The position numbers were made by a program, and so were the translations under genes. From assembly GCA_938004065.1 (NCBI GenBank), contig CALKWM010000013.1, positions 2,457-66,456 on the forward strand: a stretch of DNA of 64,000 bases, in the 5' to 3' direction. The stretch comes from an uncultured bacterium (GTDB taxonomy: Bacteria > Patescibacteriota > JAHJAL01). This document shows positions 49,841-60,021 of this stretch, in pieces; the first letter of the stretch is position 1; every line of letters begins with the position of its first letter. The notes beneath the pieces were generated by a model. The model had not been told where the DNA came from, made no database searches, and saw only the letters and a program-made list of their open reading frames with translations.

Positions 49841-52800
49841 TTAGCATTTGTAATAGAGGACAAAATCCGACCATCCTTCTCCTTCCTCCCAGTTTGCTTT
49901 TTTGGTTATGCTATTTATGGTAGGATCAAAAAATTTATCGATGGGTGTAGGTTCATTCGGTCCGTTGTAACCTAGTTGTTGATAACAACCCGAGTTATTA
50001 ATTATTAGATTTTTTACCCCGTCTATTTCTTGGTAACTTTTGATCGTGACATAATGACCGGAAAAACCGCCAATACCAATATTATAATAATAGTATGTAC
50101 CAACTACTACTGGTATGCCTTGTTTGGCAAGGTTAATTATTTCCTGTTTGGTGGCACCTCGATGAATACAGCTTTGTTTGTCTTGTGGGATGTGTTTTTT
50201 CATTTGTTTTTCAAGATAATCCATGTTGGTAGATTGCGATAGTGGTCTGACGCATTTTGATGAATCATTACAAGTGTAGTCATCATAAAATGATCTTTCT
50301 CCGAAACTAGTGGCAAAACCTTGTGATTGCAATAACATAAGCAAGGCAGTAGGTCCGCAACCATCATCAGTGGTTTGACAGTAGTGAGGCATTTCTCCTG
50401 GTGTAACTACAGTAGGTGTAGTGCTGGGTGTGCTACATTGTTCGGAAGTAGTTTGTAAATAGGGGTATGGGTCTTGGAAATCGGGTAAATCTATACTACA
50501 TCCATCTGGATTTGCATTTAAAGGTCGCTCAAAGTGCATCATACAACATGGACCAATATCGTCTACTGTTGCTATTTGTTGTCCGGCTCTTATTTTTGTG
50601 CCTTGAGTGATGAAAGGTTCAGTGTTTACTTCACCATAACCGTTAAATGAACCATCGGCGTCGTTTTTAACCATAATGTAGTCTTTGCCACAATAGAAAT
50701 TTTCTTTTACATATTCTACTGTTCCGGATTCAATAGCTATTACTGGCCAACTAGCACCGGTTTGACCGCAATTGTTAGGTCCAGGACCAGCTTCTCCAAC
50801 AATAAGATCAAAACCTGCGTGTGCTCTAGAGACAGGACAATCGCCTTGAGGCCGAGATGCTTTGAAGTGTCTTGGTCCATTTGGAGCTCCTTTGTTTCCG
50901 TACTCGAGAGTAGCTTCTTTGCCATCGGCGCCAATAATTGGCCAGCATCTGCCACCGGGAGGAACATCGGAAATTGTTTGCGTTTGTTCTTGACATTTTT
51001 TAATACAGTCATCAATTTCTTGTTGGGTGTATCCCGGAAAAGATCCACCATTATTACCAGTTGAGCCGGTTGTGCCACCTTGGCCACCGCAGATTTCGGA
51101 GTCGGAACCAATAATATTGAATTGTTTTTTGGCGGTAATAACTCGATTGTATGATTCTTCAATCCTATTTTTTAGTGCTTCATTTTCTCTGGCTTTGTTA
51201 GCGATGTTAGTTATTACTTCGTTTATAGTTCCGGATGTTGCAGAAACAAGCATAATGATATCATTTCCGGCATTGATAGCTTTTTCGACTCTATCTGTGG
51301 TGGAATCGTTGGTTGATAGTGATGCGCCAACAGCGTTCAAGTCGTCGGTGATTATCAGTCCGTTAAAACCATTTCGGGCTTTGTCAACAATTTCTTTGGT
51401 ATAGGCAGCGTTTTCGGAAGAAATTTTGGTATAGGTAATACTATTCATCATGATAGCTACTTTATTTCCATATTTTTGTTTTAAATCATCGAATGGTTTT
51501 ATATATTGATAAGGATCTTCACTAGATGTGCCTTTTTCATAATCGGTGTGAGCACTTGCCGGATAGCCAGGAAAATGTTTAAGTGTGGGAATAACACTAG
51601 CGAGAATCAAGCCATCAATGTAATTTGATGCTTCAGTAGTAATATCACCATCAAAAGTACGACCGTCAGCACTAATTGGACTGTCGCTTAGGTTTGGGTC
51701 TACTACTGGTGCAAGATTCATATTGATACCGAAAGATTTCATATCCTTACCGCATGATGTCATAGATGTTTTTGGATCAGACATATTGGCGGCTGATGGC
51801 AAGTTGGAGCAATTGTTTGCGGTGCTGGTATATTTAAGTCTGTTGACTACTCCACCTTCGATGTCGCTGGCGATAATTGGTTTTATTTTCAATGTGTTGG
51901 TAATTGTTTTTATTTTAGCAAGACTATTATCTTCACTGCCTCCCATCATTATGATACTACCAATTTTCAGTTTTTCTAATTCATCAGTAGTAAAATTGGC
52001 TTCGTTGACCATAAGTATTTGGCCAATTTTTTCTTCCAAGCTTAGTTCTTTACATTTCTGGCTGGATCCTTCGATGTAAAATAGTTTCCCTGGATCTTGT
52101 GAGTGGACGATATTGGTCATATATTTGGTAAAATCAGTAATTTCATATTTAGCCATTTCACCACTTGAGCCGTTATTTTTTACACCAGTATATACAGTAC
52201 CGTGATCTTCGTAGGGATCGTTGACAATAAAGGAAGTAATTTGACCAGAGGAATCTTTGGTATAACCGATAATTAGAACTATGTGGCCGTAATTGCCATC
52301 GGTATTTGATGTGCGCATGAATCCGGTAAATGCGACCATGGGAGTACCTTGGTCAATCAGGCCGGTTATTTTAGGAATGCTATTGGTGTCATATTTGAAT
52401 TCCGTTACAGTTGATCCTGTTTCGGTTGTAGCAAAACTTTGAATAGTACCTGATCCATTTCTTGTAGCGTCTTTACCGTTTAATGTTTTGTTTTGTTCAA
52501 TAGTACTCCAGACCGGTTCGATGGTGGTGTAGTAGGTGCCGGGGTCAATATCTGTACTATTGGCATAATTGACAGCCATAACTGTTGAAACGAATCCGCA
52601 ACCGGCACTTTCAATGGTGTCGACACTGTCTAGTTTGACATTGGGATATTGTTTTTGATTATAATGTTTGATTCCGGAAATATAAGTTTTGTCGTCATTA
52701 GATGTGGGACCGGAGGAGATGTCTTGGCATTGCATGTTTTCAAAAATTGCTTTTGCATAATTAACTCTTTTGGTAAATGGTGTTAGGTCGTCTGAGCATT

Positions 52801-53485
52801 CAAAAAGATCGTGAAAAGTACCAACCAAATCTTCAATTTTTGTATATTCTGGAAAAAAACTATACAAGCTTTTATATCCTTCTTCATAATATTTTTCCCC
52901 ATAAATGCTTTCTCTTGGGATAAGATAGACATTGCATAAAGCAGGTCCGGTGAATTCTTTCCAAAAAAATTCAAGTTGAGCTTGAAGGCTGTCGATAGGT
53001 TGATTGGTTGATTCGCAATAAGAAGATAAGGCATCGTGTCTGCTTCCATACCATTGGGCCAATCCGTATGCTCCGCTATCTGGGTTGAGAGCTGTAGGAG
53101 AAAATTGGGATTCCTGTTGGAAATTACCTGCTATTGCTGCAGCTTGAGTTTTGTTGAGTCCTTTGGATGTAAGAAAACTTATAACAGTGTTGATGTTTTT
53201 TCTTTGGGATTCGTCAATTGAATTACCTGTATAGGTGCAGGGGCCGGTAGATGAACCTCTAGGTCCGTATGTTTCTAGCAAACAATCCTCAACGCATTTT
53301 CGATCGGTGGGCGAAAGTAAACTATCCGGAGTCAAGCCGGTCATGCCTAACATGGCCATCATGAGAGGTAGTAGAAACATTAATATACCGCAACAGCAAA
53401 GGGTGCAGCAAATATAGAGTATATAGCGCAAGGGGTCGTCCTGGAGATTTGTTTCGTCAGGGATTTGTGGGGTTGGCTCGGACAT
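49841..53485 (-). CDS. Multidomain peptidoglycan hydrolase (phage-tail lysozyme + C39 + GH3/NagZ + M23 + C39), VirB1-like position
   Basis: AAAIAGNFQQES..YGLAQW; HYNQ..GCG..GHIVLIIGY..NDP; DIEGG, NLAPVVD, KHFPG, ITDDL; HAGFD..HFE; YCQ..GCGP..GHYVTI. Confidence 0.85.
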   Translation of the reverse strand: MSEPTPQIPDETNLQDDPLRYILYICCTLCCCGILMFLLPLMMAMLGMTGLTPDSLLSPTDRKCVEDCLLETYGPRGSSTGPCTYTGNSIDESQRKNINTVISFLTSKGLNKTQAAAIAGNFQQESQFSPTALNPDSGAYGLAQWYGSRHDALSSYCESTNQPIDSLQAQLEFFWKEFTGPALCNVYLIPRESIYGEKYYEEGYKSLYSFFPEYTKIEDLVGTFHDLFECSDDLTPFTKRVNYAKAIFENMQCQDISSGPTSNDDKTYISGIKHYNQKQYPNVKLDSVDTIESAGCGFVSTVMAVNYANSTDIDPGTYYTTIEPVWSTIEQNKTLNGKDATRNGSGTIQSFATTETGSTVTEFKYDTNSIPKITGLIDQGTPMVAFTGFMRTSNTDGNYGHIVLIIGYTKDSSGQITSFIVNDPYEDHGTVYTGVKNNGSSGEMAKYEITDFTKYMTNIVHSQDPGKLFYIEGSSQKCKELSLEEKIGQILMVNEANFTTDELEKLKIGSIIMMGGSEDNSLAKIKTITNTLKIKPIIASDIEGGVVNRLKYTSTANNCSNLPSAANMSDPKTSMTSCGKDMKSFGINMNLAPVVDPNLSDSPISADGRTFDGDITTEASNYIDGLILASVIPTLKHFPGYPASAHTDYEKGTSSEDPYQYIKPFDDLKQKYGNKVAIMMNSITYTKISSENAAYTKEIVDKARNGFNGLIITDDLNAVGASLSTNDSTTDRVEKAINAGNDIIMLVSATSGTINEVITNIANKARENEALKNRIEESYNRVITAKKQFNIIGSDSEICGGQGGTTGSTGNNGGSFPGYTQQEIDDCIKKCQEQTQTISDVPPGGRCWPIIGADGKEATLEYGNKGAPNGPRHFKASRPQGDCPVSRAHAGFDLIVGEAGPGPNNCGQTGASWPVIAIESGTVEYVKENFYCGKDYIMVKNDADGSFNGYGEVNTEPFITQGTKIRAGQQIATVDDIGPCCMMHFERPLNANPDGCSIDLPDFQDPYPYLQTTSEQCSTPSTTPTVVTPGEMPHYCQTTDDGCGPTALLMLLQSQGFATSFGERSFYDDYTCNDSSKCVRPLSQSTNMDYLEKQMKKHIPQDKQSCIHRGATKQEIINLAKQGIPVVVGTYYYYNIGIGGFSGHYVTIKSYQEIDGVKNLIINNSGCYQQLGYNGPNEPTPIDKFFDPTINSITKKANWEEGEGWSDFVLYYKC

Positions 53486-53513
53486 GGTAAGAAATAAGAA
53501 GTAAGAAATAAGA

Positions 53514-53593
53514 AGTATGCGCCCAAGGCGCACCAGATGACTGGAAAAGTAATAAGTATGCGCCCAAGGCGCACCAGATGACTGGAAAAGTAA
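53514..53593. repeat. Two tandem copies (4 and 5) of the 39-bp double-hairpin element, 41-nt period
   Basis: 53514-53552 and 53555-53593, both matching copy 1. Confidence 0.92.
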
Positions 53594-53788
53594 AAGAAAA
53601 AGAAAAATTTAAGGTATATATTAAAAAGAAAAATTAGAACATGAAAAGTTCTAATTTTATTATACGGGGGAGGAGTAAACTTAACAAACTTATCAATTAT
53701 CGAACAAGATAAATAAAGTATCAAGTATAAAGTGAGGTGTTGCTTCGCAACATATTAATTAGATATATAGTTTTTTAAATATTTTTTT

Positions 53789-53835
53789 CTGGATTCCCGC
53801 CCAAGGCGGGCAGGTAAGGCGGATCGAGGATGACA
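53789..53835 (-). repeat. REP-like palindrome (TGTCATCCTCGA...GGGAATCCAG)
   Basis: Same ends as 28351-28408; contains CCCGCCCAAGGCGGG hairpin. Confidence 0.65.
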
Positions 53836-53900
53836 TTTTTGTTTTGTTGATTGTTTTAAAAAGTTTGGAATGGTTTGAATGTGTTTGAAAAAAGTTTGAT

Positions 53901-55751
53901 TTACGCGCCCAGGGAGTTTTTGAGGGCCAAAACTTCTTCCGGGTTACTGGTAATGATGCGGTTTTCGGTGTAGGAGGCGACGATTTTGATTAAGACATGG
54001 TTCATACCGGCAAAGAAAATTCCTTCACCAACATTGGCTTCCAGAAGTGCCATTTTTTCACCGTCGGTTAGATGGAAAGTTTTGGCAATTAGGTCGATGG
54101 AGGCGGGGGATTGTTTGAGTAGGATTTGCATTGCTGAGTTGGAGATGATGGCTTTACCGTATTTTGATCCCAAGAAGTCTTCGACATCTTGGGAGATGGT
54201 GGTGATACCCAGGTAGTATTTACGAGATCGTTTGGTCAAGTTATGCAAAAATTTAGCGGAATCTTCGTATTGCATCAAGTTCCAGGCCTCGTCGATGATC
54301 ATGATACGCCTTTTGAGTTTGGTGCGGATTTTGGTCCAGATGAAGTGAGTGATAACAAACATGGCCACCGGACGCAAAGATTCTTCCAAATCACGGACGG
54401 AAAAGACGATCATGTTGGTGGTCAGGTCGATATTGGTGTGGTGGTTTAATAGTCCGGCGTAGGAGCCCTCGGTGTATTTTTGCAGACGACGGGCCATGGA
54501 TTCGGATCCCTGCATATTGGCCAGAACGTTTTGCAGGTCTGAGAGCAAAGGTGGGGGATTTTTATGCGAGACGGGATCTTCGGTAATGTCTTTGAGAGCG
54601 TATGCTTCCTTGATAGCGCGATCCATGATGGCTGATTCTTCGGGTGTTAATTGACCCAACATGATGCTCATCAGAGCTCCCAGTTCAACCACACTGGAAC
54701 GCAGGGCGTTTTCTTCTTCGCCTTCACTGGTTTCCGGTAAGTCGAGAGGATTGATTTTCTTTTCGGAATTGAGATTGATTGGGATGTAAGTGCCACCGAC
54801 GGCTTCACATAGGGTTTGGTATTCGTTTTCCGGATCGATAATAATGATGTCAGTTCCCAACATCAGGTAGCGTAAGCATTCCAGTTTGACGGTGTAACTT
54901 TTACCGGCACCGGAAGTGGCAAAGATGGTACAGTTGGGGTTGGCCAGATCGAAGCGGTCAAAAATTACCAGAGATTGATTGTGGCCGTTAAATCCGTAGA
55001 AAATGCCGTTGTCACTGGTTAGGTCAACGGAGGTGAAAGGAAATGTGGTGGAGATGGCGTCAGTATCCAAGTTGCGGGTGATGTACAATTCGTCATTGGC
55101 TAGAGGTAGGGTGGAATTAAAACCTTGTTCTTGTTGAAGAATGGCATTTTTAGTATAGATCAGGGCGCCACCGAGGGTGGTTTCCAAGTGATCGACATTG
55201 GCTTTGAGTTCTTTTTCACTGTCGGCGTAAACGGTAAAATACATGCCAAATAGAAAAAGTTTTTCGCTGCCTTGTTGGATACGATAGCGTAGTTCTTCCG
55301 CGTCCTGGATAGCGGTTTCCAGTTTGGGGTCGGATACTTCACCTTTTTCGCGATTGATGGCGTATGTGGCTTGCATGCGGCCGACTCGGTTGCGGAGGTC
55401 TTCCAATACGGCTTTACTTTCCTGTGGATAGATATACATACTGATGTCCATGGTGGCGTCGTAGGCGATGATGGGGGAGAGCCAGTTGGTGGTTAAAAAG
55501 CGGGGATAGGTAAAAACAAACAGAGTTTGCACGTAGCTGTTGTTGATGATGATGTAGTTGGGATTGATACGGAAAGCGCTGGGAGCGAGGATATCTTTGA
55601 GAGTGGACATACCTTCTTCGAAGACGGCACGAGCTTCTTGCAGATGTTTTTTTTCCGTTTCCAGACGTTTTTTCTCCTCCAAAGCTTTGAGTTTTTCCGG
55701 ATCTTTGGGTTTACGTTGGAAGAGGTTTTTGATTTTATCGGTTATGGCCAT
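53901..55751 (-). CDS. virB4: VirB4-like T4SS/conjugation ATPase
   Basis: Walker A ATSGAGKS, IIDPENEY, Walker B IIDEAW, RSRKY..ISQDVEDF. Confidence 0.9.
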   Translation of the reverse strand: MAITDKIKNLFQRKPKDPEKLKALEEKKRLETEKKHLQEARAVFEEGMSTLKDILAPSAFRINPNYIIINNSYVQTLFVFTYPRFLTTNWLSPIIAYDATMDISMYIYPQESKAVLEDLRNRVGRMQATYAINREKGEVSDPKLETAIQDAEELRYRIQQGSEKLFLFGMYFTVYADSEKELKANVDHLETTLGGALIYTKNAILQQEQGFNSTLPLANDELYITRNLDTDAISTTFPFTSVDLTSDNGIFYGFNGHNQSLVIFDRFDLANPNCTIFATSGAGKSYTVKLECLRYLMLGTDIIIIDPENEYQTLCEAVGGTYIPINLNSEKKINPLDLPETSEGEEENALRSSVVELGALMSIMLGQLTPEESAIMDRAIKEAYALKDITEDPVSHKNPPPLLSDLQNVLANMQGSESMARRLQKYTEGSYAGLLNHHTNIDLTTNMIVFSVRDLEESLRPVAMFVITHFIWTKIRTKLKRRIMIIDEAWNLMQYEDSAKFLHNLTKRSRKYYLGITTISQDVEDFLGSKYGKAIISNSAMQILLKQSPASIDLIAKTFHLTDGEKMALLEANVGEGIFFAGMNHVLIKIVASYTENRIITSNPEEVLALKNSLGA

Positions 55752-55800
55752 GGGTGGAAAGAATTAATATCTAATGTGAATAATAATTTGTGAAAATAAA

Positions 55801-55864
55801 CAAAGTATCAAGTAACAAGTATCAAGTAACAAGTATTTTGAGTCCCTCGACTTACGCTCGGGAC
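55801..55864. repeat. CAAGTAT/CAAGTAA heptamers followed by a REP-like hairpin
   Basis: AAAGTAT CAAGTAA CAAGTAT CAAGTAA CAAGTAT; GTCCCTCGACTTACGCTCGGGAC at 55842-55864. Confidence 0.75.
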
Positions 55865-55869
55865 GATAT

Positions 55870-56562
55870 TTATTCACTCGTTCCGGAGATGACGTCAGAG
55901 GTTAGGGATTCGATTTTGAAAAGTTTTTGATGGCGGGAGGTGGTGGGATTGAAGTGGTTGTACATCAATTCGGTGATTTCCTGGGTGGATAGGGTAACGG
56001 CACTAAGTCCCATCGATCCCAATCCGTTGGTGATAACGTTGATGCGCTCGGAGATTTTTTCTTTGGCCAGTTGAAAATCTTTTTCTTTGACGATAATTTC
56101 GTTGGATGATGGAAAAAGTTTTTGCCAAAACCCCTTGGTGGGAGCGGATGGGGGATAATAGGAAACTACCAGGAAGAATTTTTTTTCCATGACATTGGTA
56201 ACTTCCAGCAGACGCTGGATAAAGGCGATGTATTCTTGCATTTGAATTTTCAAGAGATCGTTTTGCTGTTTGATTTCCAAATCTTTGAGTTTGGAGATGT
56301 AGTCGGTTAAATCCAGTTTTTTGGATTGGACTATTATCTGAACCGGAAATGCCAGTGAATTTAGAAAGTTTTGGTATTGGTAGATGATGGCGTTTTGTTC
56401 GTCATCGGATTTGAGATCGAAGTTGACACTGGAGGTTAGCAGGATGCTACGCAGACTGCCGTCTTTCATGATGACCAGACCGTCACGGATTTCTTTGAAT
56501 GGGATATAGTTTTGGGTGGAGTTGCGGGGGTTGTGGGATTTTTTTTTGGTTTTTTTCTTCAT
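55870..56562 (-). CDS. VirB4-associated protein (resembles the N-terminal module of monoderm conjugation VirB4/TraE)
   Basis: STQNYIPFKEIRDG..SSVNFDLKSDDEQNAII..FLNSL.FPVQI; directly upstream of virB4. Confidence 0.7.
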   Translation of the reverse strand: MKKKTKKKSHNPRNSTQNYIPFKEIRDGLVIMKDGSLRSILLTSSVNFDLKSDDEQNAIIYQYQNFLNSLAFPVQIIVQSKKLDLTDYISKLKDLEIKQQNDLLKIQMQEYIAFIQRLLEVTNVMEKKFFLVVSYYPPSAPTKGFWQKLFPSSNEIIVKEKDFQLAKEKISERINVITNGLGSMGLSAVTLSTQEITELMYNHFNPTTSRHQKLFKIESLTSDVISGTSE

Positions 56563-56700
56563 AAAATCTAAAATGACTAAATGATTATAATTGCAGAATT
56601 GAAATATAGTAATAATTGTCTAAATTTTGATAACCAATATTTCCTTGGAAAAAAAATATGAAATCTTCTCGTTAAATTGGATATTGATATTTGATAATTG

Positions 56701-57375
56701 TTATTTACTACGAGCTATTTCGAGCATTTTTTGTTTTTTGTCTTCTTTCTGTTTGACCGCTTCTTCGTTGACCGAGGGTTGAGCTTTCGGTTTTCTGGTA
56801 AACAGGCCGGTAATGGTTGAGGAAAGTTGTTTGAATCCGGATTGGATATTGTGGGCGATGGATTTGGTGGCTTCGGAAGTGGACGGGATGGGTTTTTTGG
56901 TTGGTGTTGAGTGTTGTTCAACATTTAATTCTTCGGCTTTGGCGCGGATGTCTTGAGGAGTCATCTGGGTGTCGAGGATAAGTGATAGTTGTTGCAGTTG
57001 AGATTTAACTTCTTCCGGATGTTTGATGGCTTCAATTTCACTTTTTTTGTCTTCTTTTTTGGCCTGGGGAGCGGTTTCAAATACGGGAGGTGGTAGTTGT
57101 AGCCACAGTAAAGTTTTAGGTTTAAATAAAAACAGGACAAAATTGGCGACAAATTTGGAAAATGGTTGTTCATTGACGGGTACAAATGCAAATGCCAGAG
57201 CCATCAGTGCCACCGGGATCGAAAGGGCGTAGAAATAGTTGTTGTATCCGACATAAATATACACTACGTATATTATACCTGATGCGAAAAGCAGGTATAA
57301 AAATTGTTCGAGGGTGAGTGGACCGATAATCTGGTCCGGCATTTTGATGTTTTGTGGGACTTTGAATTGGAGCAT
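56701..57375 (-). CDS. PrgI/VirB3-like membrane protein
   Basis: QFKVPQNI..DQIIGPLTLEQFLYL, two TMs, NEQPF..F...PK.L.W. Confidence 0.8.
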   Translation of the reverse strand: MLQFKVPQNIKMPDQIIGPLTLEQFLYLLFASGIIYVVYIYVGYNNYFYALSIPVALMALAFAFVPVNEQPFSKFVANFVLFLFKPKTLLWLQLPPPVFETAPQAKKEDKKSEIEAIKHPEEVKSQLQQLSLILDTQMTPQDIRAKAEELNVEQHSTPTKKPIPSTSEATKSIAHNIQSGFKQLSSTITGLFTRKPKAQPSVNEEAVKQKEDKKQKMLEIARSK

Positions 57376-57382
57376 GGTTTGT

Positions 57383-59821
57383 TTATGTAAATATCACGAG
57401 GTCGCTTAGGTAGTCGTCTTTTTTTGTATTAGCATTGAATTCTTTCATTTTGTCAGTCATCGATTTTTTAGAGTCTTTCATGGTTTCGAGAAGTTTGGAA
57501 TCTTTACCAAAGAATTTTTCTTTGGTTTCGTTAGATGATTTGAGAATAAAATATTCCATTTGAGCATTAAGATCGTCTGCTCTTTTACCTTTAGAAATGG
57601 AGGATTTTAGTGTAGAAAAATCACCTTGAGTTTCAATATCGGCCTTTTTTGTTTTTATGTTTTGATAAACAATATATTCAGGTTCGTCTTTAGGTGTTGA
57701 TGATATTTTGCTATCAACATTTGACATATTAATATTTAACTTGGGATTTGATGCTGAATTATCGATTATTTCTTTGATTACTTTTTGTTTTGCATTATTT
57801 GCTTTTTCAAATGTATTTTGCATTTGAAGCTTGTTTAAACTGGGAAGAAAAGTACCTGATTCATCAGTTTCTAAAGCTTCGACTTTTTTGATATAGCTAT
57901 CATCAAATCCAAGGTTTCTAAGTTTACTAACCATACTGCTTTTGTTGCCGTTTTTGAGGTTTTCGCTCAGATTTTGTAAATCTAAAGATCCAACTTTATT
58001 GTTATGTACACCAATTAGATTGGAGGCATTGTTTTTGGCTTGTTTTGTAAAGTCGTCTTTAAAATGCGTTTTAAGTTCCGTCAAGTTTCTTGGGACGCCG
58101 GTAGCTTCTTTTTTATAATGTAGTTTTAGATCGTTTTGAATGTTTTGTTCAACTTTACTGGAGTCTATACCTGACTTGAGAGTTAAACCTCTTCCGGTAC
58201 CTGTTAATTCATCGTTGATACTTTCGGGAGTATAGTATCTAGACAATATATGAGAGTTAACATCTGGGTCAGAACTATCAAATTCTTTTGGTTTGGGGCC
58301 GGCCAGAAAGTCTTTGTTGTATAATAGCCAGTTATTTTCGAGAAATTTGGTGGCATCAGCATGACCGGGATGAAATTGGTTTTGGGCTCTTTGAGCTAAT
58401 TCTTTGTTCATACCGGCTAGCTCATTGAACGCATCTCCATCTCTCAATGTTTTGTCGCGGTATTTTTCAAAGTCAGGATGCTTTTGTATGTTTTTTATCA
58501 GATCGCTTGATTTTGTACCTTTGAATGGTTCGTCTGAATCTTTTGTCAACGATCTAAGAATTGAGTCTCTCAATTTGATATCTTCTTTGGTGGTTGGGTT
58601 TTGATTGAGAGTAGTTTGTAGTTGTCTGCTTTTTAGTGATGTTTCCGCTCTTTTGGAAGTTAACATTTTGTCATAAGATCTTTGACCGAGGATTTGGCCA
58701 AGTGCATTGAAATCTTTGTTCCAGCCCAATTTTTTGAAAGGTTGTATTGGGGCATGTGCAAGAGAAGATGCTCTCTCTTTCAACTGTAAAGCATTGGGGA
58801 TGTGTTTGGTGAGAGCTCCTTGCCAAAATTTCATGATCTGGCTACCGAGTCCGCCGAGCTGGAAGGGGACGATGAGAGCAGCGAGCATGATAGCGATACC
58901 GGCCAGATAGAACAGCCATTGTCGAGCAAATGTTTCCAGTCCGGAAACTATATCAGGTGCACCGGTGGTTGATTCTTCACTGGTTTGGAAAAAAGTAACC
59001 AAACGTAACAGGAAAAAAATAATGGGGGACATAAAAGCCCATTGGATAAAACCATCCATCCATTTTTGACCATAGGTGCGGGTTGGTGGAAAGAAAAATG
59101 CCAGTACTCCCAAAGGGGCGATGACGACCAGGATGTAGAGGATGATGATACGGGCTAAACTGACGATTGCCAGAGCGAGCATGACAACGGTGGGGACAAA
59201 AAGTATTAATAATGCAACGATTAAGCCCAAAATTGTGCCGGCTCCAATACCACCCATCATACTACCGATAGCCATAGCGCTCAGGAGATTTGTTACTACC
59301 GCTGTTATGGCTTTTGCTTCTGTGGTATCAATATTGGCCAAATCAACTCCGGTAATAAAAGACATCAGTTGCATGCCCAGTCCTTCACCGCTTGCGGTTG
59401 GACCGGATATCAATTCAAAAACGATAATGTCGGTAAAATCAAGAACCGCTTTACAGATGTAGAGACTGAAGTTAGCCAGCAATAATCCGGCTACCAGTGA
59501 AGGAAGGGTTTTTTTGATTTCGTATGTTTCCAGATTGAGCCGCAAGGCATTGGCGAGGGCCAGAGCCAGTAAAAAGAAAACGGCGGCGATATTGACATAG
59601 TAGATGGAACTTTCCCAACCGGAACTGATCATTTCCGAGAGCCGGACTTGGGAAGCTCCTTGCAAAAGGTAAACCGCAAGATTAGTTAAAAAGAGGACTA
59701 CACTAAGTACAACTTTGAGGGTGTCCATGAATGTCTGTGAAAGACTTTCAAGTATCGCAGTTTTAATACCGGCAACGGGCAAGATGAAAGTAATGATGGA
59801 TTGTGAAAAAATGTCTGGCAT
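57383..59821 (-). CDS. VirB6/TrbL-like polytopic T4SS channel protein with long soluble C-terminus
   Basis: Multiple TMs incl. LLANFSLYIC..D and ARIIILYILVVIAPLGVLAFFFPPTR..W; position upstream of PrgI/VirB4. Confidence 0.75.
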   Translation of the reverse strand: MPDIFSQSIITFILPVAGIKTAILESLSQTFMDTLKVVLSVVLFLTNLAVYLLQGASQVRLSEMISSGWESSIYYVNIAAVFFLLALALANALRLNLETYEIKKTLPSLVAGLLLANFSLYICKAVLDFTDIIVFELISGPTASGEGLGMQLMSFITGVDLANIDTTEAKAITAVVTNLLSAMAIGSMMGGIGAGTILGLIVALLILFVPTVVMLALAIVSLARIIILYILVVIAPLGVLAFFFPPTRTYGQKWMDGFIQWAFMSPIIFFLLRLVTFFQTSEESTTGAPDIVSGLETFARQWLFYLAGIAIMLAALIVPFQLGGLGSQIMKFWQGALTKHIPNALQLKERASSLAHAPIQPFKKLGWNKDFNALGQILGQRSYDKMLTSKRAETSLKSRQLQTTLNQNPTTKEDIKLRDSILRSLTKDSDEPFKGTKSSDLIKNIQKHPDFEKYRDKTLRDGDAFNELAGMNKELAQRAQNQFHPGHADATKFLENNWLLYNKDFLAGPKPKEFDSSDPDVNSHILSRYYTPESINDELTGTGRGLTLKSGIDSSKVEQNIQNDLKLHYKKEATGVPRNLTELKTHFKDDFTKQAKNNASNLIGVHNNKVGSLDLQNLSENLKNGNKSSMVSKLRNLGFDDSYIKKVEALETDESGTFLPSLNKLQMQNTFEKANNAKQKVIKEIIDNSASNPKLNINMSNVDSKISSTPKDEPEYIVYQNIKTKKADIETQGDFSTLKSSISKGKRADDLNAQMEYFILKSSNETKEKFFGKDSKLLETMKDSKKSMTDKMKEFNANTKKDDYLSDLVIFT

Positions 59822-59837
59822 GTTTGTTTATTTTTTT

Positions 59838-59879
59838 ATCGTATTATTGTATCAAATTTGTTCCTGTTTTGTCAAGGTT
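59838..59879 (-). promoter_or_regulatory. Putative promoter of the virB6-prgI-virB4 operon
   Basis: Minus strand TTGACA-N18-TACAAT with TG extension. Confidence 0.65.
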
Positions 59880-59968
59880 TTTTCTGAGTAAAATTTGGGG
59901 GGAGGAGTAATGTTACCAAAATTTATCGGTGCTAGTAAATGGTTTTTTTTAGAACGTTTTTATGACAT

Positions 59969-60002
59969 GAAAAAACTACCAGAAATAAGTGGTAGTTTTT
60001 TG
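59969..60002 (-). terminator. Terminator after the pilin array
   Basis: AAAAAACTACCA...TGGTAGTTTTTT. Confidence 0.7.
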
Positions 60003-60021
60003 TTGAAAGTTGATTATCAGA

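Noticed and set aside
52740-53200. Prophage suggested by the phage-tail-lysozyme domain
   Set aside because: The domain is embedded in a T4SS-associated hydrolase and no capsid, terminase or tail genes are seen
53514-53593. Possible CRISPR array (39-bp palindromic repeat twice)
   Set aside because: Copies are separated by only 2 nt, other copies are dispersed singly, and no cas genes are present
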